Shown: positions 47,576-55,897 of the stretch, in pieces | Layout of the letters: each line of letters opens with the position of its first letter | Position numbering within the stretch: position 1 is the first letter of the stretch | DNA from: an uncultured Candidatus Cloacimonadota bacterium | Lineage (GTDB): Bacteria; Cloacimonadota; Cloacimonadia; Cloacimonadales; TCS61 | DNA: 58,945 nt | Assembly (NCBI GenBank): GCA_964457455.1 | Contig: CAYWJN010000004.1 | Span: 1-58,945 of the forward strand | Direction of reading: 5' to 3' | Made by a program: the position numbers and the translations under genes | Notes under the pieces: generated by a model | Databases searched by the model: none | What the model saw: the letters and a program-made list of their open reading frames with translations, nothing else | Told to the model about the DNA's origin: nothing

Positions 47576-47593
47576 TTAAAAAGTGGAGAAATT

Positions 47594-48337
47594 ATGAGTA
47601 ATTTTGAAAATAAAGTAGTTATTGTCACAGGTTCTGCCAGAGGTATCGGTTTTGCTATTGCAGAGACTTTTGCAGAAAACGGAGCCACGTCTATTATTCT
47701 CGATTTATTTCAGGATGCTGTTGATGAAGCAGTTAAAAAAATTACTGATAAAGGTTTGAAAGCTTTCGGATATGTAGCTGACATAACAGACTCAGAATTG
47801 ATAGGCAACCTTTTCAAAGAAATATTTCAAAAATTCGGTAAAATTGATATTCTTATAAACAATGCAGGCATCACCAAAGACGGACTTCTTATGAAAATGA
47901 AAGAAGCAGATTGGGATGCAGTCATCAATGTAAATTTGAAGGGAACTTTTATCTGTACACAAAAAGTTTGCAGATATATGATGAAACAGAGAAAAGGTGT
48001 TATTTTAAATATTTCTTCGGTTGTTGGCATTATGGGAAATGCAGGTCAGGCAAATTATGCTGCTTCAAAAGGTGGAATAATTACTCTCACAAAATCAGCA
48101 GCCAAGGAATTCGCATCCCGCAATATAAGAGTGAATGCAATCGCTCCCGGATTCATTGAAACAGAAATGACAGCCCAATTACCAAAAGAAATTGTTGACA
48201 AATATTTGGAAGCAATTCCTTTAAGACATATAGGGACATCAAAAGATGTTGCTAATCTTTGTTTATTTTTAGCTTCGAAAGAAGCTGATTATATAACCGG
48301 TCAGACTATTCAGGTCGACGGTGGTTTGATAATGTAA
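47594..48337 (+). CDS. fabG: 3-oxoacyl-ACP reductase
   Basis: VTGSARGIG, NNAGITKDG, NISSVVG..GNAGQANYAASKGG, APGFIETEMT. ATG 47594 with GGAG RBS. Confidence 0.97.
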   Translation: MSNFENKVVIVTGSARGIGFAIAETFAENGATSIILDLFQDAVDEAVKKITDKGLKAFGYVADITDSELIGNLFKEIFQKFGKIDILINNAGITKDGLLMKMKEADWDAVINVNLKGTFICTQKVCRYMMKQRKGVILNISSVVGIMGNAGQANYAASKGGIITLTKSAAKEFASRNIRVNAIAPGFIETEMTAQLPKEIVDKYLEAIPLRHIGTSKDVANLCLFLASKEADYITGQTIQVDGGLIM

Positions 48338-48356
48338 AAAAAATTAGGAGGAAATA

Positions 48357-48590
48357 ATGGACATCATTGCAAAAGTAAAAGAGATCATTGTGGAAGAACT
48401 TGGCGTAGAGGAAAGTGAAGTAACAATGGAAGCAAGTTTCATCGAAGACCTTGGAGCAGATTCTCTCGACACAGTTGAATTAATCATGAAATTTGAAGAG
48501 GAATTTGAAATTGATATCGCAGATGACGATGCTGAAAAATTGACCACAGTTGGAAAAGCTATCGATTATCTCAAATCCAAGATCAGCTAA
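48357..48590 (+). CDS. acpP: Acyl carrier protein
   Basis: [12 protein letters not shown] phosphopantetheine motif. Confidence 0.98.
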   Translation: MDIIAKVKEIIVEELGVEESEVTMEASFIEDLGADSLDTVELIMKFEEEFEIDIADDDAEKLTTVGKAIDYLKSKIS

Positions 48591-48606
48591 TTTCGAAATT
48601 TTGTAT

Positions 48607-48631
48607 GGTGGAGTTTTAAAACTCCACCTTT
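48607..48631 (+). terminator. Hairpin after acpP
   Basis: ggtggagttt-ta-aaactccacc-ttt. Confidence 0.6.
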
Positions 48632-48700
48632 GCTTTAATTTTACCTGAAAGAAAATTCTTTCAGTTTTATAAAAAATCTAACTTTGAGAGGTTATAAAAA

Positions 48701-49942
48701 ATGAATAAACGAAGAGTTGTTATCACAGGTTTAGGAACAATAAACGCAGTTGGAAACAATGTAGATGAAACCTGGAAAGGACTTGTTGCAGGTAAATCCG
48801 GTATTGGATTAATAACGAACTTTGAAATTACTGATGATTTCACCAGCAGAATTGCCGGTGAAGTGAAGAATTACAATCCAACCGATTATTTTGAAAAAAA
48901 AAGAGTTAAGAAACTCGACAGGTATACTCAATTTGCACTTATAGCTGCAAAAGAGGCTATAAATGATGCTGGTTTGAACGATTTTGATCACGACCGGGCT
49001 GGAGCAATAATTGCTTCTGGAATCGGAGGAATGGAAACCTTTGAAATTGAAGCAAGAAAAATGATAAATTCCGGACCTAAAAGAATAAGCCCTTTCTTTA
49101 TACCAAAAATGATTGCCAACATCGCCTCAGCAGAAGCTGCAATTGAGTTTAACTTAAGATCGATCAATTTCAATATTGCTTCAGCTTGTGCATCTGCAAA
49201 TCATGCAATGGGAACAGCTTTCCGCACAATTCAATATGGTGATGCTGATATTATTCTATCAGGTGGTTCAGAAGCTTCAGTAACTTCGCTTTCCGTCGCT
49301 GGTTTTTGTGCAATGAGGGCACTTAGCACAAGAAATGATGATCCTCAAAAAGCCTGTCGTCCGTTCGATAAAGAACGAGATGGTTTCATTATGGCAGAAG
49401 GAGCAGCAGTATTAGTTCTGGAAGAATTGGAACACGCTTTAAAACGAAATGCCAAAATCTATGCTGAAATTGTTGGTTATGGAGCAACCTGTGATGCTTT
49501 TCATATTACTGCTCCCGCTCCAAATGGTGAAGGTGGAGCACGAGCAATCAAAGCTGCCATAGCAGATGCAAATCTGAAACCGGAAGAAGTTGATTATATT
49601 AATGCTCACGGTACTTCCACTCCTCTCAATGACAAAAATGAAACTGCATCTCTGAAAACCGTTTTTGGTGATCACGCCTATAATCTTAAGATAAGTTCTA
49701 CGAAATCAATGGTTGGACACATGCTTGGAGCAGCAGCTGGAATTGAAGCTATTGCCTGCTTAAAATCAATTGAAAACGGAATCATCCATCCCACAATCAA
49801 CTATGAAAACCCTGATCCTGAATGTGATCTGGATTATGTTCCTAATAAAGCAATTGAAAAAGATGTAAAAGTTGCGCTCAGTAATTCGCTCGGTTTTGGT
49901 GGTCATAACGGAGTAGTAATCTTTAAAAAGTTTATTAAATAA
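48701..49942 (+). CDS. fabF: 3-oxoacyl-ACP synthase II
   Basis: RRVVITGLG, SACASANHAMG, RPFDKERDGF, YINAHGTST, GHMLGAAAG, SNSLGFGGHN. Confidence 0.98.
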   Translation: MNKRRVVITGLGTINAVGNNVDETWKGLVAGKSGIGLITNFEITDDFTSRIAGEVKNYNPTDYFEKKRVKKLDRYTQFALIAAKEAINDAGLNDFDHDRAGAIIASGIGGMETFEIEARKMINSGPKRISPFFIPKMIANIASAEAAIEFNLRSINFNIASACASANHAMGTAFRTIQYGDADIILSGGSEASVTSLSVAGFCAMRALSTRNDDPQKACRPFDKERDGFIMAEGAAVLVLEELEHALKRNAKIYAEIVGYGATCDAFHITAPAPNGEGGARAIKAAIADANLKPEEVDYINAHGTSTPLNDKNETASLKTVFGDHAYNLKISSTKSMVGHMLGAAAGIEAIACLKSIENGIIHPTINYENPDPECDLDYVPNKAIEKDVKVALSNSLGFGGHNGVVIFKKFIK

Positions 49943-49965
49943 GGGCGAATAATTCGCCCTTTTTG
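49941..49965 (+). terminator. Intrinsic terminator between fabF and rnc
   Basis: aagggcgaat-a-attcgccctt-ttt. Confidence 0.7.
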
Positions 49966-49969
49966 TATT

Positions 49970-50704
49970 TTGAAAAAAATCAAAAAACTTCTCTCTATCT
50001 TTCATAATAAAAGTACAAATAACCTTTTATTAAAAGAATTACAAGATAAAATCAATTATCATTTTAAGGATCAAACTCTATTAATTTCAGCCTTAACTCA
50101 CACTTCGGTCAGCTCTTCAACCCAGGGAATTTCTGCATTTGAACGAATGGAATTTCTGGGAGATTCGATTTTGGGTTTAATTGTGGCGGAAGAACTTTTT
50201 GTGAAATTCCCAAAATATTCCGAAGGAGAACTTTCCAAACTTAAATCCCAAATTGTTTCCAGAAAATTTTTAACAATGAAAGCCAAACAGATCGGGTTGG
50301 GAAATTATATTCATCTAAGTTCTGAAGCAAAGGAAAGCGGAGGTCAAAATTCTTCATCGATTCTATCCGACGCAATGGAATCATTGATTTGTTCCATTTA
50401 TTTGGATGGATATATTCAACAAGCTCGCAAATTTATAACAAAATTTATTCTGAAAAACTTTGAATCTTCAATCAAATCCAGCGAATTGATCAATTATAAA
50501 AGCATTTTGCAAGAATTCACTCAATCTAAGTATCAAAATATTCCAGTTTATAAGATCATCCAGGAAAAAGGTCCGGATCATGAGAAAGTTTTTACAATCG
50601 AAGTTTATATCAATAGGAAAAAAATCGGTGTGGGTAAAGGACTCAACAAAAAAGAAGCTCAGCAAAATGCTGCCAAAGAAGCATGTTCAGTATTGAAGTT
50701 ATAA
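49970..50704 (+). CDS. rnc: Ribonuclease III
   Basis: ERMEFLGDSILG, SDAMESLI, dsRBD NYKSILQE...GPDHEKVF...NKKEAQQNAA. Confidence 0.97.
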   Translation: MKKIKKLLSIFHNKSTNNLLLKELQDKINYHFKDQTLLISALTHTSVSSSTQGISAFERMEFLGDSILGLIVAEELFVKFPKYSEGELSKLKSQIVSRKFLTMKAKQIGLGNYIHLSSEAKESGGQNSSSILSDAMESLICSIYLDGYIQQARKFITKFILKNFESSIKSSELINYKSILQEFTQSKYQNIPVYKIIQEKGPDHEKVFTIEVYINRKKIGVGKGLNKKEAQQNAAKEACSVLKL

Positions 50705-50716
50705 TTCTCAACTATC

Positions 50717-51706
50717 ATGAAGATTCTTCCCATTTTCATTCCTCATCTTGGTTGCCCATTTAATTGCGTTTATTGCGACCAGCATCTGATAACAAAAACA
50801 ATTCAGATAAATCCAAAAGAAATAGTAAATAGAATAGAAAACTTTTGTCGGAAAAACGCAGCTTTGAAAGATAAAGAAATTGCCTTCTTTGGTGGTACTT
50901 TCACCAATCTTCCCATCGAAAAACAAAAAGAGCTTTTTGATCTGACAAAACCCTTTTTAGCTCAAATTTCCGGTATCAGAATCTCAACCCGACCGGATTT
51001 TATAGATGATAACATCCTGAAATTTTGCAAAGAAAACAATGTAAAAGTCATTGAACTTGGTATTCAAAGTTTTTTGGATGATGTCCTTACCGCAAGTAAA
51101 AGAGGATATGATTCTCAAACTGCAGTTTCAGTATGCAATTTGATTAAAAAACACAATTTCAAACTTGGGATTCAATTGATGCCCGGTCTACCGAATTCCT
51201 CTGAGAAAAGCATAAGAGAAACCGTAAAAACTACTATTCGTATTCAACCTGATTTCGTGCGGATCTATCCTACAATTGTACTAAATGAAACGGTTCTGGA
51301 AAAATGGTTTGATAATGGTAAATATCTCCCACTCACGATTGAAAAAGCAGTTGAAATCGTATCTGAAATGAAACTCGAATTTGATAAAAATAAGATAAAA
51401 ATAATTAAAATCGGTTTACATTCAGATATCGATATAAACTCCATTGTGGCAGGACCTTATCATCCTGCTTTCGGTGAACTTGTAAATTCAAATATCTTAT
51501 TAATAAAAATCATTAAAGAATATAAAAAATCATCAACTCTAATAATTTCTGCAAAAGATGTTTCGCTTTTCAAAGGTTTCGATTCCCGGATGTTATCAAA
51601 ATTAAAAGAAAATTTGAAATTGGACAAAATACCAATTATTATAAATTCGATTTTATCACAAAATAGGTTTTATTGGAGTAGAGTTTCTCCTGAAAAATTC
51701 TGGTAA
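50717..51706 (+). CDS. Radical SAM protein (Elp3/HemN-like, rnc-associated)
   Basis: IFIPHLGCPFNCVYCDQ, FFGGTFT, RISTRPD, IELGIQS, QLMPGLP, AGPYHPAFGELV. Confidence 0.88.
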   Translation: MKILPIFIPHLGCPFNCVYCDQHLITKTIQINPKEIVNRIENFCRKNAALKDKEIAFFGGTFTNLPIEKQKELFDLTKPFLAQISGIRISTRPDFIDDNILKFCKENNVKVIELGIQSFLDDVLTASKRGYDSQTAVSVCNLIKKHNFKLGIQLMPGLPNSSEKSIRETVKTTIRIQPDFVRIYPTIVLNETVLEKWFDNGKYLPLTIEKAVEIVSEMKLEFDKNKIKIIKIGLHSDIDINSIVAGPYHPAFGELVNSNILLIKIIKEYKKSSTLIISAKDVSLFKGFDSRMLSKLKENLKLDKIPIIINSILSQNRFYWSRVSPEKFW

Positions 51707-53695
51707 ATGATGATATTATTATTTATATTTATTGCTGTAATTTTAATTATTTTATTTTATAGAAAAACTATTCCTGAAATTGGAACGGGGAAGAGATACA
51801 TTCTGATTTTTCTCAGAAGTATTTCAATTATTGCGGTTTTAATACTTCTGTTAAACCCGATCCTTTACTTTTCACAAAAGATTTCCAAGAAATCAAAAAT
51901 CATTTTCCTCTCAGATATTTCTGAAAGCATGAATCAAAAAAAAGACGAAACCAACAAAATTGCAGCTTTAAAAGAATTTAAAGAAAAAATAAGAGAGAAA
52001 CTTGTATCACAAAATTATAAAGTTTCTGAAATCGAATTTGCCAATGGAATGAACGGTATAAAATTTTCTACAAATCTTTCCAAGACGTTTGAAGATATTT
52101 CCAAAAAGCATGGTCTAACTGATATTAAAAGTATTTTCCTCTTTTCTGATGGTTGGTTCAGAGATGATAATTTGAATATTTTAAATGATATCAATATTCC
52201 TGTTTTTACATTTAATCCTGATTTTGAAATCACAGATTTTGACCTTGAAATTTCCAGCCTGAACTTCAATAAAAATGCATATAAGAATGAAATAACTCCA
52301 ATTATTGCAAATGTTTCAGCCTTGAATTTTAATCAAAAAGCAAAGGTGAATTTGGTTATAAACGGAAAAATATCTCAAACAAAAAACATAGATTTCTCAA
52401 ATGATAATTTTCAGCAAATCATCTTTGAGCAAATTTTTGAGAGAACCGGTTTGCAGCCTTTTGAGGTTGTCATCGAATCTGAGATTGAAAATGAAATAAA
52501 TCTGGCAAACAATCGCTTTCCTGCTGCAATTCAGGTTTTGGATAATCGTGCTAAAATATTGATTATTTCCGACAATTTGAATTGGGATGTGAAATTCATT
52601 TTGGATTCTATAGAGAAAAATCAACGCTGGAATTCGGATTTTCTGCTCAAAGATAAAACCTTAAAAAAGAGTAGGAAAACCACAAGCCTTTCAGAAAATA
52701 TTAAAGAAACTGTTGTTCTGATTTTAATTAATCAAGGGTTTTTGAATCTCACTCACATCGAGACAGAAATCATAAATAATTTTGTGAAAAATGGTGGAGG
52801 TCTTCTTTTATTTGGAAAACCTGTAACTTCGCTTAATGACATCCTGCCGGCAAATCATTCCGGAATAACTTCACCTTTTATATCCACATTTTATTTTACT
52901 GATGAAAGTAAGAAATTTCAAACATTTGAATATCTTAAAAATACAGACGAAATTCCACCTGTTGATTATTATTATGTTAATGCTAAAGTGCAAGCAGAAA
53001 TTTTAGCAAAAATTGATAATGATGAGCAAAGTCCTGCAATTTTATTTAATGAATTTGAAAATGGGAAAGTGCTTTATTTCAGTTTTAATAATCTTTGGAA
53101 ATGGCAGCTTCGTAATTCCGATTATTCTGATTTTATGACAAATATTATTTTATGGTTGAGTGCATCAAATACAGAACGATTCGTCTCTTTCACAGATAAA
53201 AGCAGTTACTTTGAAGGAGAAAAAATCATGATCACCTTAACTGCGTTTGATGAAAAACTGGCACCCATAAAAAACCTTACAGCAAAACTGATAATAAAAC
53301 AAAATGAGAAAAAGTTTTTTGAAGAATACCTGCTTGAAAAAGAAAATGAATATTTCGCAGAAATTGAATCTTTGGAAAAAGGAAAATATAATTACACGAT
53401 CTTTGCGGAAAAAACCGGACAACAAACTTCCGGCAATTTCCTGGTTACAGATGATAACCCTGAAGCAAGAGACAGAGGATTCAACCAGCCTTTACTTGCT
53501 TATATTTCCAAACAAACCAATGGAAAAATAATAAGCTCGGAAACTCTTTCTGATTTTACATTTCCCAAAGCAATTTCTAAAATCGAAGAGCTTAAAACCG
53601 AATTACCAATTTACCGGAAATGGTATTTAATCGCTATATTTTTAGTTTGTTTCTGTATAGAATTGTTCCTCAGAAAAAGATGGGGACTGCTTTGA
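51707..53695 (+). CDS. Membrane-anchored protein with vWA-like and glutamine-amidotransferase-like domains
   Basis: Two N-terminal TM helices (FLRSISII..LLNP), DISESM MIDAS-like motif, LFSDG, GGGLLLFG, WKWQL, C-terminal TM helix ending ELFLRKRWGLL. Confidence 0.72.
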   Translation: MMILLFIFIAVILIILFYRKTIPEIGTGKRYILIFLRSISIIAVLILLLNPILYFSQKISKKSKIIFLSDISESMNQKKDETNKIAALKEFKEKIREKLVSQNYKVSEIEFANGMNGIKFSTNLSKTFEDISKKHGLTDIKSIFLFSDGWFRDDNLNILNDINIPVFTFNPDFEITDFDLEISSLNFNKNAYKNEITPIIANVSALNFNQKAKVNLVINGKISQTKNIDFSNDNFQQIIFEQIFERTGLQPFEVVIESEIENEINLANNRFPAAIQVLDNRAKILIISDNLNWDVKFILDSIEKNQRWNSDFLLKDKTLKKSRKTTSLSENIKETVVLILINQGFLNLTHIETEIINNFVKNGGGLLLFGKPVTSLNDILPANHSGITSPFISTFYFTDESKKFQTFEYLKNTDEIPPVDYYYVNAKVQAEILAKIDNDEQSPAILFNEFENGKVLYFSFNNLWKWQLRNSDYSDFMTNIILWLSASNTERFVSFTDKSSYFEGEKIMITLTAFDEKLAPIKNLTAKLIIKQNEKKFFEEYLLEKENEYFAEIESLEKGKYNYTIFAEKTGQQTSGNFLVTDDNPEARDRGFNQPLLAYISKQTNGKIISSETLSDFTFPKAISKIEELKTELPIYRKWYLIAIFLVCFCIELFLRKRWGLL

Positions 53696-53809
53696 GATTG
53701 AGAATTGAAAATTGAATATTGAAAATTAGAAATTAATCCTGAAGCTTGAACTATGTTGGCTAACATGACCTGCTTTGAGATTGAAATTGGGAAAATCCCA
53801 AAATACAAA

Positions 53810-53986
53810 TCAAGAAATATAGCCACCTTTTCTTTTAGAAAATTTCAATTCCCATCGATTTTTTTCAAACAACTTCTTTACATCTTCAATAATAAAATCA
53901 AAATAATCTTTACCTGATTTTTTTGCCATATCCGAAAGAATCTTTTGAGCTTTATATTTTTCTTCTAATAATTCGCTTTTATACAT
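53810..53986 (-). CDS. Small 58-aa protein, putative partner of the PIN gene (not in the ORF track)
   Basis: MYKSELLEEKYKAQKILSDMAKKSGKDYFDFIIEDVKKLFEKNRWELKFSKRKGGYIS*; GGAGG RBS; TAATG coupling to the PIN fragment. Confidence 0.65.
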   Translation of the reverse strand: MYKSELLEEKYKAQKILSDMAKKSGKDYFDFIIEDVKKLFEKNRWELKFSKRKGGYIS

Positions 53987-54200
53987 TATTCCTCCGTAAA
54001 TAATTCAAGTGGAGTAATTATCTCCGGTGTTGATAAACCCAGTCTTCCATTAATTATTTTGATATGCTTCCTTTTATTGGCATTTGCCAGATGATTACAA
54101 TTCCAGGTTAAAAGAAAATCTATTTTGTAATAAGAAGCATAAGCTAAATGCATTGCATCACCCTGAATGTCCATTGGCAGCTGTAAATATAAAACAGATT
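53986..54200 (-). pseudogene. C-terminal half of a PIN-domain (VapC-like) protein
   Basis: DAMHLAYASYYKIDFLLTWNCNHLANA...IITPLEL; in-frame stops just upstream and no N-terminal half. Confidence 0.78.
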
Positions 54201-54210
54201 ATATCTTTTC

Positions 54211-54609
54211 CTATAATTCGATATCTTTAATTTTATTGATTATCCAATCAAAGATCTTATTACTGATCTCTAAAATTTTTTTGAATTCTTCTTCAAAAAC
54301 AGGTTCATAATCTCCGGGATAACGAGTTTGAACAGCATAATCTGTAATAATTATTCCTTCTTTTACATAATCGGGAATAATAAAACCATTATCTTCTAAT
54401 ATCGATAACAGTTTACCTATTGAATGTATATGTGGAATACTTAAATCATGATATCTTAATAATCCTTTTAGAGCTTTTTCAACAGCCTGCTGACAATCAA
54501 AACACAGGTCTTCATATAAAATATCCGGATGTATATTTCTTTGATTTGCTCTTCGTAAATTACTACGTGCTCTATTAATCCATTCTTTTACTATATCATT
54601 TTTTTTCAT
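54211..54609 (-). CDS. HEPN domain protein
   Basis: EWINRARSNL...LCFDCQQAVEKALKGLL...HIHSI...YAVQTRYPGD. ATG 54609 preferred. Confidence 0.9.
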   Translation of the reverse strand: MKKNDIVKEWINRARSNLRRANQRNIHPDILYEDLCFDCQQAVEKALKGLLRYHDLSIPHIHSIGKLLSILEDNGFIIPDYVKEGIIITDYAVQTRYPGDYEPVFEEEFKKILEISNKIFDWIINKIKDIEL

Positions 54610-54904
54610 AAATAATTTTTCCTGTTCTATCAATTTCAGAATAAATAAATGATGGCTCGTTTTTTAATTCATTAAAATGTTCAGGTGTATCGATTATCAG
54701 ATCAACTGCTATTTTTGTATTATATAAAAGTTTATAAATATAATGTGCCAGTTTTCGTTTATGAGTAATATTGCTTTTTAAAATACATAGATCATAGTCG
54801 CTATCTTTATCCGGATTTCCAATTTTGGAACCAAATAAAATAATCTTATCAGGATCAATATTTTGGGTAATCTTTTGAATTGCTTTGGTTATAGCTGTAT
54901 CCAT
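54596..54904 (-). CDS. Minimal nucleotidyltransferase (MNT)
   Basis: PDKIILFGS...DSDYDLCI...VDLII...GKIIYE. Confidence 0.9.
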   Translation of the reverse strand: MDTAITKAIQKITQNIDPDKIILFGSKIGNPDKDSDYDLCILKSNITHKRKLAHYIYKLLYNTKIAVDLIIDTPEHFNELKNEPSFIYSEIDRTGKIIYEKK

Positions 54905-55019
54905 TGCTCTAATCCCTTTCGCTTTTCTATTTAAATTAAATTACTTATTGCATTAATTCTGTCAATTAAAATTTCCAGTGTTGGATAAATATATTTGTCT
55001 AAAATCCAAACATACTGGA

Positions 55020-55235
55020 AATTACATAATACAAATAACAAAATATTCACCCTGTTAAATAATGCTTTGCATTAAATCTGCGATTTATTTAACAGGGAAG
55101 GTAAATAACAATAATTCAAATACGAAATTCCAAACACATTTAGTTATTGAACATTGAGATTTGAGATTTGTTTGTAATTTGAAGATTGAGATTTGTGATT
55201 TATTTGTTATTTGAGTATTGAGATTTGGAATTTAA
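55020..55235. repeat. Inverted heptamer arrays enclosing a 13-bp inverted repeat
   Basis: caaat-rich left arm and tgagatt/ttgagatt right arm; ccctgttaaataa (55050-55062) and ttatttaacaggg (55085-55097). Confidence 0.6.
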
Positions 55236-55246
55236 AGATATGCTTA

Positions 55247-55271
55247 CGTTACGAAGAAAATTTTCGTAACG
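55247..55271 (-). terminator. Hairpin downstream of the RelE-like gene
   Basis: cgttacgaa-gaaaatt-ttcgtaacg. Confidence 0.5.
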
Positions 55272-55289
55272 AGATGAAATCCTTTTTTA

Positions 55290-55589
55290 TTATATCCTGC
55301 TTTTAATCCTTCTTTTCAGAATTTGATAAAAACTTTCTCTTTTTGAGATCGATAAAATATAAATCTGTTGTTCAATTTCATTAATAATATAAGCAATCCT
55401 ATAATGGATTCTATTGAATTTGAAATGATAAGAATAAATTCCAGATAAATCTCCGATTAATTGATCACAAACTGTTATTGGATTTTCTAAAATAATTTGA
55501 AGATGTTTATTTAATATTTCTTTGATTAGTGGTTTATCTAATTTTTTGATGTCTTTCTTAACCTGGGGATGATATTTCTCCTTATACAC
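55290..55589 (-). CDS. RelE/ParE family toxin
   Basis: YHPQVKKDIKKLD...LIGDLSGIYSYHF...YRIAY...SISKRESFY; GTG 55589 overlaps the antitoxin stop. Confidence 0.85.
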   Translation of the reverse strand: MYKEKYHPQVKKDIKKLDKPLIKEILNKHLQIILENPITVCDQLIGDLSGIYSYHFKFNRIHYRIAYIINEIEQQIYILSISKRESFYQILKRRIKSRI

Positions 55590-55767
55590 CAAAAACCTCA
55601 TTTCGTGTTAAAGGTTCGACTTTCCCCGATAAAATATCATCCTTTCTTTTTAATAGATCTTTATCAGAATCGGATAACAATATTAAAAGGTCTTCGGCTT
55701 CATTCTTTTTCAGATTTAGAATTGCTTTTGCTAAATCTTGAATTGTTAAATCCATCGTTTTCTGCAT
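55582..55767 (-). CDS. Small acidic antitoxin-like protein
   Basis: 61 aa, GGAG RBS, directly upstream of and overlapping the RelE-like gene; C-terminal KVEPLTRNEVFG. Confidence 0.7.
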   Translation of the reverse strand: MQKTMDLTIQDLAKAILNLKKNEAEDLLILLSDSDKDLLKRKDDILSGKVEPLTRNEVFGV

Positions 55768-55845
55768 AAGACTACTCCTTCATCTTTATCTAAAGTCAAT
55801 ATTATTTTATATTGTAAAAAAAGCAAACTTTTTTTTTGGATAAAA

Positions 55846-55881
55846 AAAACTTCGGAAATCTTGAAAGACTTCCGAAGTTTA
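55846..55881. terminator. Hairpin or REP after the secreted repeat protein
   Basis: aaaacttcggaa-atcttgaaagac-ttccgaagtttt. Confidence 0.6.
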
Positions 55882-55897
55882 ATTTTCCCTCTTGGCA

